From positions 1-60,904 of the forward strand of contig CALVJW010000004.1 in assembly GCA_944332435.1 (NCBI GenBank): a DNA stretch of 60,904 nt, given 5' to 3'. Positions 1 to 9,489 of the stretch are shown in pieces (the first letter of the stretch is position 1; each line of letters starts with the position of its first letter). The notes under the pieces were generated by a model. It was not told the DNA's origin. It saw only the letters and a list, made by a program, of their open reading frames with translations, and ran no database searches. Both the position numbers and the translations under genes were made by a program. This DNA is from an uncultured Bacilli bacterium (GTDB lineage: Bacteria; Bacillota_I; Bacilli_A; RF39; UBA660).

Positions 1-126
1 ATTAATGATGCGAAAAAAGGAGCATCAAGAGATGCAGGATATAATGTCATTAAAGCAGGAGAACTAAGGGCAGCAACGGAAGGAATTGCTGGAGCCAATC
101 CACCATATCATTATGATGAAACAAGT
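1..126 (+). repeat. Dispersed repeat: pilin N-domain coding segment, partner at 49531..49656
   Basis: Aligned by eye without gaps: 115 of 126 positions identical, and the first 30 nt are identical. Confidence 0.9.
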
Positions 127-963
127 GACTTAGATATGAAAGGAACAGTTCCAACAAAATTTACCTTAGATATTAATGAAGATATGGATACACAACTAAG
201 AGCATGGTTAAATGGATACTGTGTTGTAAAAGAATATGGAAATGAAACAGTAACGATTGATGAAAGCAAGACGTCAGAAGCAGAATGTGTTACAGGTGGA
301 AGTAGTATTACGAAAAAATACGAAAACGGAGAAGTAATTTATTTTAATCCAGAGACAAATACAAAATGTAGTGATTATATCGAAGCAAATAGTTTAAATG
401 AAAATAAAAGTGGATGTATGAAATGGTACGCATTTAATGATAGTGAAAGTAGTAGTACCGTAAATGTCATATTAGATCATAATACAACTTATGATGTAGT
501 ATGGAACTCAAGTGGAAATAATGAGGACAGAATAAAAGAAGTAAAAGAAGCATTAGAAAATGATGTAAATAATTGGCATGCTGATGTTAAAAACACAGCA
601 CGATTAATTGAAGCCAATGAAATAGCAAAAATTACAGGAAATACCGATTTTGATGCAACAAATAAGGATAAAGATAATAGGTTTTATCTTGAAAATAATG
701 GTCAGTATGCTCCAAGTTTAAGTCAAGGACAGGCCAAATATAAATGGTTATTTGATTATACTAGTGAATGTACAATTTATGGATGTAGTATTGCAGATAA
801 TAGTACTTATGGTTATTGGACAAATACTCCTTCTGTTTCATCTTTGAATTACGCGTGGTTCATGTCTCGTGCTGGTTGCTTGATGAGTGCCCTTACAGGC
901 GACTATACGAGTTATGATGGTGTGCGCCCAGTTGTGACCATCTCAAAATCTCTCCTCTCATAA
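1..963 (+). CDS. Type IV pilin-like (prepilin-type) protein, 5' end cut by the window edge; large C-terminal domain ending GVRPVVTISK
   Basis: Frame 1 is open from base 1 into the listed ORF 136..963. Bases 1..126 match 49531..49656, which lie just after a prepilin leader (MNQK..GFTLIELL) in the decayed copy. The C-terminal 'YGYWT..AWF....GVRPV' resembles a DUF6273-like tail (from memory). Confidence 0.6.
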   Translation: MNDAKKGASRDAGYNVIKAGELRAATEGIAGANPPYHYDETSDLDMKGTVPTKFTLDINEDMDTQLRAWLNGYCVVKEYGNETVTIDESKTSEAECVTGGSSITKKYENGEVIYFNPETNTKCSDYIEANSLNENKSGCMKWYAFNDSESSSTVNVILDHNTTYDVVWNSSGNNEDRIKEVKEALENDVNNWHADVKNTARLIEANEIAKITGNTDFDATNKDKDNRFYLENNGQYAPSLSQGQAKYKWLFDYTSECTIYGCSIADNSTYGYWTNTPSVSSLNYAWFMSRAGCLMSALTGDYTSYDGVRPVVTISKSLLS

Positions 964-1074
964 AGATAGAAGAAATAAATTTAATTGATAGCAATAGAAA
1001 GAAAAGAACAAGATAAAAGTTGAAAAAGGTATCATAGATAATTTATGGTTACTTATGATGAGATTTTATATTGA

Positions 1075-1095
1075 AGAGGGGTGTCCCTCTTTTTT
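1075..1095 (+). terminator. Rho-independent terminator after the pilin-like gene
   Basis: AGAGGG-GTGT-CCCTCT hairpin followed by TTTTT. Confidence 0.75.
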
Positions 1096-1196
1096 AATTA
1101 TATTATCGATAAATTTGTATGATATTTTCTTTTTTTATGAAATAGTTTATGGTATAATGGTAAAGAATAAAGAATAGGATAGAGGGGCTGAATAAT

Positions 1197-3002
1197 ATGA
1201 ACGGAATAGGGACTATTATCGGTATAGAGGAAAATACAGTTCTAGTTAAAATGGATCCTAATTTTAAACAAGAGAAGAGTTTAGTTGGATTATATATGGT
1301 ATTTCGTGATACAGAGCGTATTATGGTAGGGGAAGTAACGAATCTAAAAGATAATATTTCATATGTTAATTTACTTGGGGAAGTTAAAAATAATCAATTT
1401 GTATTTGGAGCAGTTCATAAACCAAGTTTAATTGCAAATGTATCTTTATTACCGGATCGTTTATTACCATCCATTTTAAGTTCTACTTCATTTTCAGAAG
1501 GAACTGATTTATACTTAGGAAAGAGTTCAGTTTACAATAATATTAATGTTACTGTAAAAATCAACGACTTTTTTAGTAATCATTTTGCTATTTTTGGTTC
1601 TTCTGGTAGTGGAAAATCATGTAGTTGTGCACGAATTATTCAAAATATTTTTGTTAAGAAAGATCCAATTCCATATCGTGCTAGTATCTTTATATTTGAT
1701 GCTTATGGTGAATATCATAGTGCATTTAGTAAGATTACGGGATCAGTTCCAGAGTTAAATTTTAAATCTTATACTACAAAACAAAACTTTGGAAATACAG
1801 ATTTATTATCATTACCATTATGGTTATTAGATGTTGATGACATTGCCTTATTGTTAGGAGCAGAGAAACCATCACAATTGCCAATTATTGAGAAAGCATT
1901 AAAGTTAGTTACAATTTTTGTAAAAGAAGAGTCACTTGTTATCAAACATAAAAATGATATTATCGCAAGAGCATTAATTGATATTTTAGCAACAGGAAAT
2001 ACGCCGGGACAAATTCGAGATCAAATTACTTCTGTATTAAGTCAATATAATACAAAAGAATTAAATCTAGATACGATGATTTATCAACCGGGATATTCTC
2101 GACCATTAAAACAATGTCTATTTATTGATGCAAGTGGTAAAATTCGTGATATTGAATTAATTACTACTTTTATTCAAAAATTTATTACGGATGATTTAGA
2201 GTTAGAAATGCCTGATGGAACTTTTCCATATGATTTGGAAGATTTAAAAAATGCTTTTGATTTTGCTCTTATTTCAGAGGGTGTTTTAACGAATGAAAAA
2301 GTATTTGATGAGGTAAATATTTTAAAAGTAAGACTTCATACGCTTGTAAATAGTAATTATAAAAAATATTTTACTCATGATCATTTTGTTGATAGAGATC
2401 AATATATTCGCGAGTTATTAACTGCAGATAATGGAAAAAAGGCACAAATTGTAAACTTTAATATTAACTATGTTGATGATAGATTTGCTAAAAATATTGT
2501 TAAAATTTATTCTAAATTGTTATTTGATTATGCAAAGGGATTAGATGAAAAAGCGAGTATGCCATTTCATTTAATATTAGAAGAAGCACATAGATATGTA
2601 CAAAATGATAATGACGTTAATTTACTTGGATATAATATTTTTGAACGTATTACAAAAGAGGGACGTAAATATGGAGTTATCTTAGGATTGATTACACAAA
2701 GACCATCTGAAATGTCAGAAACGGTATTATCACAATGTACTAATTTCTTAATTTTCAAGATGTTACATCCAAAAGATGTTGATTACATTCGTGAAATGGT
2801 TCCTAACATTACGAATGAAATTGTTAAAAAATTACGTATTTTGCAACCTGGTACGTGTATTGCCTTTGGCTCGGCTTTTAAAGTGCCAATTGTAATTGAT
2901 ATAGATATGCCAGATCCTGCACCTACAAGTAGTAGTTGTGATGTTAGTGGAATATGGTTTGTTAAAAATCCAAGAATGCATCAAAAAAGTGATTTGTTAT
3001 AA
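1197..3002 (+). CDS. HerA/FtsK-like P-loop ATPase (DUF87 type), paralogue 1
   Basis: Walker A 'FGSSGSGKSCS' and Walker B region 'HLILEEAHRY', with an N-terminal barrel-like region. Long blocks are identical to ORF 11877..13637 (e.g. 'EEAHRYVQND', 'GYNIFER..KEGRKYG', 'SQCTNF.IFKM'). TGGTATAAT extended -10 and GGAG-rich RBS upstream. Confidence 0.8.
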   Translation: MNGIGTIIGIEENTVLVKMDPNFKQEKSLVGLYMVFRDTERIMVGEVTNLKDNISYVNLLGEVKNNQFVFGAVHKPSLIANVSLLPDRLLPSILSSTSFSEGTDLYLGKSSVYNNINVTVKINDFFSNHFAIFGSSGSGKSCSCARIIQNIFVKKDPIPYRASIFIFDAYGEYHSAFSKITGSVPELNFKSYTTKQNFGNTDLLSLPLWLLDVDDIALLLGAEKPSQLPIIEKALKLVTIFVKEESLVIKHKNDIIARALIDILATGNTPGQIRDQITSVLSQYNTKELNLDTMIYQPGYSRPLKQCLFIDASGKIRDIELITTFIQKFITDDLELEMPDGTFPYDLEDLKNAFDFALISEGVLTNEKVFDEVNILKVRLHTLVNSNYKKYFTHDHFVDRDQYIRELLTADNGKKAQIVNFNINYVDDRFAKNIVKIYSKLLFDYAKGLDEKASMPFHLILEEAHRYVQNDNDVNLLGYNIFERITKEGRKYGVILGLITQRPSEMSETVLSQCTNFLIFKMLHPKDVDYIREMVPNITNEIVKKLRILQPGTCIAFGSAFKVPIVIDIDMPDPAPTSSSCDVSGIWFVKNPRMHQKSDLL

Positions 3003-3947
3003 TCACTTTTTTTCTTGGTAATAAATTCCTTGATAAGTATCTCTCTTGATGAATTCTTTATCAATGTCATTGATAACAACAAATTTTTTTACTAACCAGT
3101 TAGGTGTAATTAATTCTTCTTTTTTGGGATCTCCTGTGATTCTATTTACAACAATATTAGGATTTAAGTATTCTAGTTGTGTACATACGATATCAATATA
3201 CTCATCTTTAGTTAAAATATGAAATGGTTTGATTTGATAGTATGTTTCCAATGGAGTATTTTTTAATACACTTAGCATATGAATTTTAATTCCTTGTATA
3301 TCAAATTGATTTAAATATTGAACTGTTTCTACCATCATTTCTTTTGTTTCATAAGGAAGTCCGTTGATAATATGAACAACAACATTAATATTTCTTTTAC
3401 GAAGTTCTTGGACCATGTTGCTAAAGCATTCTAACGTATGACAGCGATTAATGAGCTTTGAAGTACTTTCATGAATTGTTTGCAGTCCTAGTTCTACGGT
3501 TAAATAAGTTCTAGTTGCAAGTTCTTCTAAATAATTAAGGCATTCTTCTGTAATTGAATCAGGTCTTGTTGCGATTGAAAGACCTACAACGTTTGGTTGC
3601 TTTAAAATTAATTCATATTTTTCTTTTAATTCTGCGAGGGGCGCATATGTGTTTGTTCTTGCTTGAAAATATCCAATGTATTTTGCTTCTTTCCATTTTT
3701 GATGCATTTTTTCTTTTATTTCGTTAAATTGTTTTAAAATATCATCTTTTTTATTTCCAGCAAATTCGCCACTTCCTAATTTTGAACAATAAATACATCC
3801 ACCAGTACCAACGGTCCCATCTAAATTGGGGCAACTAAATCCACCGTTTAAACTAACTTTAAATACTTTTGAATGGAATTTATGTTTATAAAAGTAGTCT
3901 AATGTGTAATACCGTTTAAATCCATCTGTATGTTTTAATTGATTCAT
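3003..3947 (-). CDS. Radical SAM protein, TIGR01212 (YtqA-like) family
   Basis: 'CPNLDGTVGTGGCIYC' cysteine cluster near the N-terminus and about 315 aa, typical of TIGR01212. Start moved to the ATG (MNQLKH) behind a GGATG RBS. The stop abuts the HerA stop with zero intergenic bases. Confidence 0.8.
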   Translation of the reverse strand: MNQLKHTDGFKRYYTLDYFYKHKFHSKVFKVSLNGGFSCPNLDGTVGTGGCIYCSKLGSGEFAGNKKDDILKQFNEIKEKMHQKWKEAKYIGYFQARTNTYAPLAELKEKYELILKQPNVVGLSIATRPDSITEECLNYLEELATRTYLTVELGLQTIHESTSKLINRCHTLECFSNMVQELRKRNINVVVHIINGLPYETKEMMVETVQYLNQFDIQGIKIHMLSVLKNTPLETYYQIKPFHILTKDEYIDIVCTQLEYLNPNIVVNRITGDPKKEELITPNWLVKKFVVINDIDKEFIKRDTYQGIYYQEKK

Positions 3948-4074
3948 TTTTATCACATCCAGCCATAATTATAGCATATATTGTGAAAAAATGAGGAAAA
4001 TTACGGTAAAATCATTGAAAATAGTTTTACTCTAGGTGGAAGTTTGCTATAATGAATATGGAGGTAGAATAGAT

Positions 4075-5580
4075 ATGAAGAAAAATGGTTTAGTAAAAGT
4101 AGCAGTCATTAGTTTTTTGATATTTGTTGTATTATCATGGATTATTCCAATTGGATCATATTCTTCAGGAACATTTACTGCTGGTGAGTTAGCACCAATC
4201 GGTATTTACGATATCGTAAAAATTGTTCTAGGAATATTTGGTAATTATACTATTTATGGACTTATTTTCCTATTAATTGGAGCCCTTTATGGTGTAATGA
4301 ATAAGACTGGAGTTTATTCAAATTTAGTAGAAGGAATTGCAAAAAAATTTAAAGGAAAAGAAAAGAGATTTTTAATTGTATCAATTGTTCTTTTTGCTCT
4401 TTTAGGTTCTCTTAGTGGTTTCAATATTGCATTATTTATCATTGTACCACTATTTGTAGCAGTTATTATGACACTTGGATATGATAAATTAACTGCATTA
4501 CTTGCAACTGTTGGATCTATTATTGTAGGTAATATTGGTTCAACTTATAGCTTTGAAATTAGTGGTTATTTAAATTTATATTATAGTTTAGATGTGAACT
4601 CTGATATTGCAACTAAAATAATTTTCTTAATAATTTTAATGTTATTAACGATTTTATTTGTTACAAAAAATGCAAAATTAACAAAAGTTCAAACTAAGAA
4701 GAAAGCGACTAAAGCAAAAACTACAAAAGGTAAAAAAGGAAAGAAAGAAGTGGAAGAAGAACCTGTTGTTGCTTGTGAAACAAAAACAGAAATTCCATTA
4801 TATGAAGTAAGTAATAATAAACAAAAGAAGAGTGTAGTACCACTTGCTATTATCTTTGGATTAAGTTTCCTTGTATTAGTAGTAGGATTATATAACTTTA
4901 GTTATGCATTCAATATTAGCTTTTTTGAAGATTTGTATACATCAGTAACTTCATTTGAAATTGCTAGTTTCCCAATTTTTAAATATTTACTAGGTTCTAT
5001 GAATCCATATGGTGCATGGAATTTAGGAGAAATTGGATTTGTATTAGTTATTACATCTTTATTAATTGGTTGGTTATATAGTTTAAAATTCAGTGAAATT
5101 ATTGATGCAATGAAATCTGGTATGAAAGAAATGGTAAATGTTGCTATTATTGCAATTTTAGCTAATCTTATTATGTATTTAGTATTACCATCATCACAAA
5201 CTGGATTACATTCAAATATTTTCATTACTATGAGTGATTTTATTTTAAATCTTACAAATCAATTTAACTGGTTTACTACTGGATTACAAGCATTTTTAGG
5301 AAGTTTCTTCTACAATGATTTTAAATATCTAGTAGATGCTAGTGCTGCTACAATTGCTACAATGCAAACGAATGCTTCTGTATATCCTGCAGTTGCAGTA
5401 TTATACCAAGCAATTCATGGTATTGTAATGTTATTTGCACCAGTAAGTTTAATTTTAATGGCTGGATTATCATATCTAAATGTGTCATTAAAAGATTGGT
5501 TCAAATACATTTGGAAATTCTTATTACAATTACTTTTATTAACTGTAGTTGTAGTTGCCATTATTTTAGCATTTGTATAA
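4075..5580 (+). CDS. Polytopic membrane transporter, YfcC/DcuC-like, with a Lys-rich cytoplasmic insert
   Basis: Many hydrophobic segments and a YfcC-like N-terminus ('WIIPIGSY'). Low-complexity 'KKKATKAKTTKGKKGKKE' loop. TGCTATAAT promoter and GGAGG RBS precede the ATG at 4075. Confidence 0.6.
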   Translation: MKKNGLVKVAVISFLIFVVLSWIIPIGSYSSGTFTAGELAPIGIYDIVKIVLGIFGNYTIYGLIFLLIGALYGVMNKTGVYSNLVEGIAKKFKGKEKRFLIVSIVLFALLGSLSGFNIALFIIVPLFVAVIMTLGYDKLTALLATVGSIIVGNIGSTYSFEISGYLNLYYSLDVNSDIATKIIFLIILMLLTILFVTKNAKLTKVQTKKKATKAKTTKGKKGKKEVEEEPVVACETKTEIPLYEVSNNKQKKSVVPLAIIFGLSFLVLVVGLYNFSYAFNISFFEDLYTSVTSFEIASFPIFKYLLGSMNPYGAWNLGEIGFVLVITSLLIGWLYSLKFSEIIDAMKSGMKEMVNVAIIAILANLIMYLVLPSSQTGLHSNIFITMSDFILNLTNQFNWFTTGLQAFLGSFFYNDFKYLVDASAATIATMQTNASVYPAVAVLYQAIHGIVMLFAPVSLILMAGLSYLNVSLKDWFKYIWKFLLQLLLLTVVVVAIILAFV

Positions 5581-5584
5581 AAAA

Positions 5585-5606
5585 AGAAACGAAAGTTTCT
5601 TTTTTT
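5585..5606 (+). terminator. Rho-independent terminator
   Basis: AGAAAC-GAAA-GTTTCT hairpin followed by a T tract. Confidence 0.75.
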
Positions 5607-5757
5607 AGTTAAAATGAAAGTTAATGATAGTTTAGAAGTAAGAATAGAGTTTTATTTTTTATGGAATTAGAGTAAGAACAATAGGCTAAAGATAAAATGA
5701 ATAAAATAGTTGTTAATTGATTACGATTTATAGTATAATAGTAACAGGTGATAAATT

Positions 5758-6072
5758 ATGGAATATATGCAATATATTATAATTATAATTATTTTATTAA
5801 TTATTGCGATTGCAATTGCAAAATCAAAGAAAAAAAACTTCAAAATTGAAGCAAATAAATTAGTTGAATATTTAGGTGGGAGAGCAAATATTTTAGAATA
5901 TGAATTTAATCAATCTCGTTTTGTTGTAACCCTTAATGATATTACACTTGTGAATAAAGAAGCAATTCAAAAGTTAGGGGCAAAAGGAATTGTAGAAATT
6001 GAAAATCAATTGAAAATTATTTTAGGTGATGATGTTCGTCAATTAAAACGTTATATTGAAACAATAAAATAA
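5758..6072 (+). CDS. Membrane-anchored PTS EIIB-like domain protein lacking the catalytic Cys motif
   Basis: N-terminal TM helix, then 'LVEYLGGRANI....F.VTLND......I..LGAKGIVE...QLKIILG', which resembles glucose-class EIIB. 'NQSRF' sits where the 'CATRLR' motif would be. Confidence 0.5.
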   Translation: MEYMQYIIIIIILLIIAIAIAKSKKKNFKIEANKLVEYLGGRANILEYEFNQSRFVVTLNDITLVNKEAIQKLGAKGIVEIENQLKIILGDDVRQLKRYIETIK

Positions 6073-6093
6073 GCAGAATTCTGCTTATTTTTT
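6071..6093. terminator. Bidirectional terminator between convergent genes
   Basis: Perfect palindrome AAGCAGAATTCTGCTT followed by ATTTTTT. Confidence 0.7.
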
Positions 6094-6223
6094 ATATCAT
6101 AGCGTTTAATACTTTATGGTAGTAGCGCATAAATTTTTCAGCAAATACCATAATATCTTCATCGGGAAAATGTTTACTAAAATATAATTTTGTAATTTCT
6201 AATGCTAATTGTTCTTTACTCAT
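6092..6223 (-). CDS. Small hypothetical protein (43 aa)
   Basis: AAAGGTGAT RBS 4 nt upstream of the ATG (MSKEQLALEI...). The listed 60-aa ORF probably starts too early. Confidence 0.4.
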   Translation of the reverse strand: MSKEQLALEITKLYFSKHFPDEDIMVFAEKFMRYYHKVLNAMI

Positions 6224-6329
6224 TTTTATCACCTTTCTATTGTTATTATACCAAAAATATGCAATCTCAGACAAGATTCGACAAAATTCGACATAATGAT
6301 ATTATAGAATGATGTCAGGAGGAATGAAA

Positions 6330-7568
6330 ATGACAATGGTTGAAGTTGTATTATTAAATATTATTTTAATTGTATTTCCACTAATATTATATTTATTTTA
6401 TTTAGCTTATAGTCAAAGTTTAACTGTAGAAATTAGAAATTTATTTTTAGATGTAGCATTATTTTCTTCATTTTATTTAACTTTAAAATATCCATTACAA
6501 GATGTTTTATATGTTAATTTGTTAACACTTAATATTCCATTATTAATTGCTTATTTAAGAAATAGAAAATTAATGATTTTTATTTTAACAATGATGATTA
6601 TTTCTTGTTATCATGAGATATTTGGTTGGAATTATATATTTTTAATGATAGAATATGTGGATTATTATTTATTGTCTATTTTATTATTAAATAAAAAAGG
6701 TAAAAATTATTGTTATTTAAATGTTTTTTTACTCATGAAATTATGTTTATTTACTTTCTTTATTACGCTTACAAAACAAGGCGTAGGAACAAGCTTTTTA
6801 GTTAATTTAGGATATTATGGTTTTCATATTATTTTGGTTGCATATTTTGTCGTATTTATGTTTCAAAAAGGAAATGATATTATTAAGATGCACATGTCTT
6901 TAAAAGAAATAAAGCAGGATGAGCAAATTAAAACTTCTTTATTTAAAATAACACATGAAATTAAAAATCCAATTGCTGTATGTAAAGGTTATTTAGATAT
7001 GTTTGATGTTAATAATATTGAACACAGTAGAAAATATATTCCTATTATGAAAGATGAAATAGAGAGAACTTTGTTTTTATTACAAGATTTTTTATCTATG
7101 ACCCGTGTAACGGTTGAAAAGGAAATGATTGATATTAATTTGTTATTAGAAGATGTAATTAGCAGTTATCAATTATTATTAAGATCACATAATATTAAAT
7201 TAGATATGGATTTAATCGATGATGAAATCTATATAAATGGAGATTATAATCGTTTATTACAAGTGTTTTTAAATATTATTAAAAATTCAATTGAAGCAAT
7301 TGAAAATAATGGTCGAATATCCGTTACTTCAAAATTAGTAAATGATGAAATTATAGTAGAAATAAAAGATAATGGTTGTGGGATTAGAAAAGAAGATTTG
7401 AAGCAAATTCGTACTCCCTTTTTTACAACAAAACAAAGCGGAACAGGTTTAGGGGTATCTCTTTCCTATGAGATAATTGAAGTACATGATGGTAGTATTG
7501 AATATCAATCGAATTATGGAGAGGGGACAAGTGTGACAATTCGTTTAGCAACATTATCCAGTATATAA
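6330..7568 (+). CDS. Orphan sensor histidine kinase with a multi-TM N-terminal domain
   Basis: H-box 'ITHEIKNPIA'. N/G boxes 'NIIKNSIEA', 'DNGCGI' and 'GTGLGVSLS'. No response regulator gene is adjacent. Start is the ATG 7 nt after AGGAGG. Confidence 0.85.
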   Translation: MTMVEVVLLNIILIVFPLILYLFYLAYSQSLTVEIRNLFLDVALFSSFYLTLKYPLQDVLYVNLLTLNIPLLIAYLRNRKLMIFILTMMIISCYHEIFGWNYIFLMIEYVDYYLLSILLLNKKGKNYCYLNVFLLMKLCLFTFFITLTKQGVGTSFLVNLGYYGFHIILVAYFVVFMFQKGNDIIKMHMSLKEIKQDEQIKTSLFKITHEIKNPIAVCKGYLDMFDVNNIEHSRKYIPIMKDEIERTLFLLQDFLSMTRVTVEKEMIDINLLLEDVISSYQLLLRSHNIKLDMDLIDDEIYINGDYNRLLQVFLNIIKNSIEAIENNGRISVTSKLVNDEIIVEIKDNGCGIRKEDLKQIRTPFFTTKQSGTGLGVSLSYEIIEVHDGSIEYQSNYGEGTSVTIRLATLSSI

Positions 7569-7580
7569 AAAGGATATCAA

Positions 7581-9263
7581 TTATTTTTTGATATCCATAA
7601 TGACAGGTAAGATAATTGGTTTTCTACCTGTTTTTTCATATATATAATTTGCTAGTTGATTTGTTACTTCGTTTTTAATATCGCTGTAGTTTAAATGTCC
7701 TTTTAACTTTGAATTAATTGCATTTTTACTAATCATTTCTAATTCTTTTAGTAATTCTAAATTATCATTTACAAGGACAAATCCACGGGTTGTAATGTTA
7801 GGGTTTAATAATAATTTTTTATGATTACTATCAATATTAGCAATGACAATCACAATTCCATCATTGGCCATTACTTTACGATCTTTCATAACGGCATTTC
7901 CTACATCACCAATTCTTTTTCCATCGACATAGATATCTCCAGCTTGTACCATTCCAGCGCGTTTAATCTTTCCTTTATACATAGAAAGAACATCACCATT
8001 TCCTAGTACAAATGTATTTTCTCGTGGAATATCACATAATGTTGCAATATCAGCATGTTTTTTTAGCATTCGATATTCTCCATGGAATGGCATAAAATAT
8101 TTTGGCTTTATTAATCTAAGCATCCATTTTAATTCTTCTTCACTACCATGTCCTGAAGTATGAATATCGCTTAGTGAAGTATTTGTATATACCTCAACAC
8201 CACGCATATATAATTTATTAATTGTTCTAGATATACTAAGTGCATTACCAGGAATTGGACTAGATGAGAAGATGACAACATCATCATCTTTTAATTTAAT
8301 TTGACGATGTGTTCCATTGGCAATTCTCGATAGGGCAGCAAGCGGTTCTCCTTGAGATCCCGTGCATAATAAGCATACTTTACTATCTGGTAATTTATTT
8401 GCTTCCTCTGGAGTAATAAAGATATCTTTATTTTTAATATATCCACCTTGAATAGAGATTTCAATATTTGTATCCATTGATCTACCAAATGTTGCGATTT
8501 TACGACCGTTTCTTTTACAAGTATCAACGATATGTTTTAATCTATAAATGTTAGAAGCAAATGTCGCAATAATAATTCTTCCATGATATCGTGAAAAGAT
8601 ATCACTAAGTGCATTATCTACTCTCGATTCACTCATACTCATACCTTCATTTAAAGCATTTGTTGAATCACTTAAGAGTAGGGTAACACCACGGTTTCCA
8701 ACGGCAGCCATTTTATGAATATTAGCCATTGGTCCAATTGGTGTTAAATCAAATTTAAAGTCTCCAGTTGTGACAATTCTTCCATTTGGTGTTGTGATAA
8801 CAATCCCATGTGAATCAGGTATGGAATGGGTTGTACGAATAAATTCTACTTCGATATTCTTGAATTTTACTTTTGTTGTTTCATCATAAGCAATTAAATT
8901 TTTATATTTGATATTTCTTTCATCTAATTTTTTTCTAATTAAACCAATCGCTTGGTTTGGTGCATAAATCACAGGAATATTTACTGTTTGTAGTAAAAAA
9001 GGAATACCTCCAATGTGATCTTCATGTCCATGTGTTATAAATAATGCTTTAATTTTCTTTTCGTTTTTCTTTAAAAAGGTAAAGTCAGGAATAACATAGT
9101 CAATTCCCATTAATTCATTTCCAGGAAATGTAATACCTGCATCCGTAATGATTAGTTCATTTTCATGCATAAAACAGTACATGTTTTTTCCCACTTCACC
9201 AAGTCCACCAAGGGCAAAAATCTTTGTGTCCTTGATTGGCTCATTGTTGTTAAATAATTTCAT
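7581..9263 (-). CDS. rnj: Ribonuclease J
   Basis: Metallo-beta-lactamase/beta-CASP 'ITHGHEDHIGG' motif, 560 aa, N-terminal 'IFALGGLGEVGKNMY'. Confidence 0.9.
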   Translation of the reverse strand: MKLFNNNEPIKDTKIFALGGLGEVGKNMYCFMHENELIITDAGITFPGNELMGIDYVIPDFTFLKKNEKKIKALFITHGHEDHIGGIPFLLQTVNIPVIYAPNQAIGLIRKKLDERNIKYKNLIAYDETTKVKFKNIEVEFIRTTHSIPDSHGIVITTPNGRIVTTGDFKFDLTPIGPMANIHKMAAVGNRGVTLLLSDSTNALNEGMSMSESRVDNALSDIFSRYHGRIIIATFASNIYRLKHIVDTCKRNGRKIATFGRSMDTNIEISIQGGYIKNKDIFITPEEANKLPDSKVCLLCTGSQGEPLAALSRIANGTHRQIKLKDDDVVIFSSSPIPGNALSISRTINKLYMRGVEVYTNTSLSDIHTSGHGSEEELKWMLRLIKPKYFMPFHGEYRMLKKHADIATLCDIPRENTFVLGNGDVLSMYKGKIKRAGMVQAGDIYVDGKRIGDVGNAVMKDRKVMANDGIVIVIANIDSNHKKLLLNPNITTRGFVLVNDNLELLKELEMISKNAINSKLKGHLNYSDIKNEVTNQLANYIYEKTGRKPIILPVIMDIKK

Positions 9264-9489
9264 ATTTCATCCTTTCTATCTTATTTTTTCATTCTTATAC
9301 CACCTAAATACCCGATTCAAACTATATAATAAATAAAAAAGATGGTAATCAGAATTTTAGTAAAATTCGTAAAAATCAACTATTACATTATAAACTATTT
9401 ATGGACTTTTGTCTAGTCATACGTGAAATGATTGACTTTTATTTATAGGATTATTATAATAATCTTTATTATGAATTATGGGAGAAAAT

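Noticed and set aside
2567-2758. Short antisense or alternative-frame ORFs nested inside long confident genes: 2567..2758, 4902..5225, 7821..8006, 8291..8527, 10129..10371, 11161..11448, 15904..16110, 16181..16534, 18782..19018, 21792..21974, 23029..23232, 25052..25342, 25487..25729, 32860..33057, 34297..34491, 34715..34906, 35108..35344, 37889..38281, 38981..39193, 40385..40591, 41980..42177, 42268..42462, 42921..43196, 43486..43710, 43560..43871, 43975..44175, 45469..45657, 46150..46383, 51160..51363, 53748..53963, 57238..57441, 58730..58963
   Set aside because: Each lies wholly within a longer ORF that has clear family motifs. None has a convincing RBS. Their products are low-complexity, as expected by chance in AT-rich sequence.
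1197-3002. Calling the HerA-like ATPases an anti-phage defence system (e.g. Sir2-HerA or DUF4297-HerA type)
   Set aside because: No effector gene (Sir2, DUF4297, nuclease) is adjacent to either copy. One copy is embedded in a housekeeping operon. There are no mobile-element or defence-island signatures nearby.
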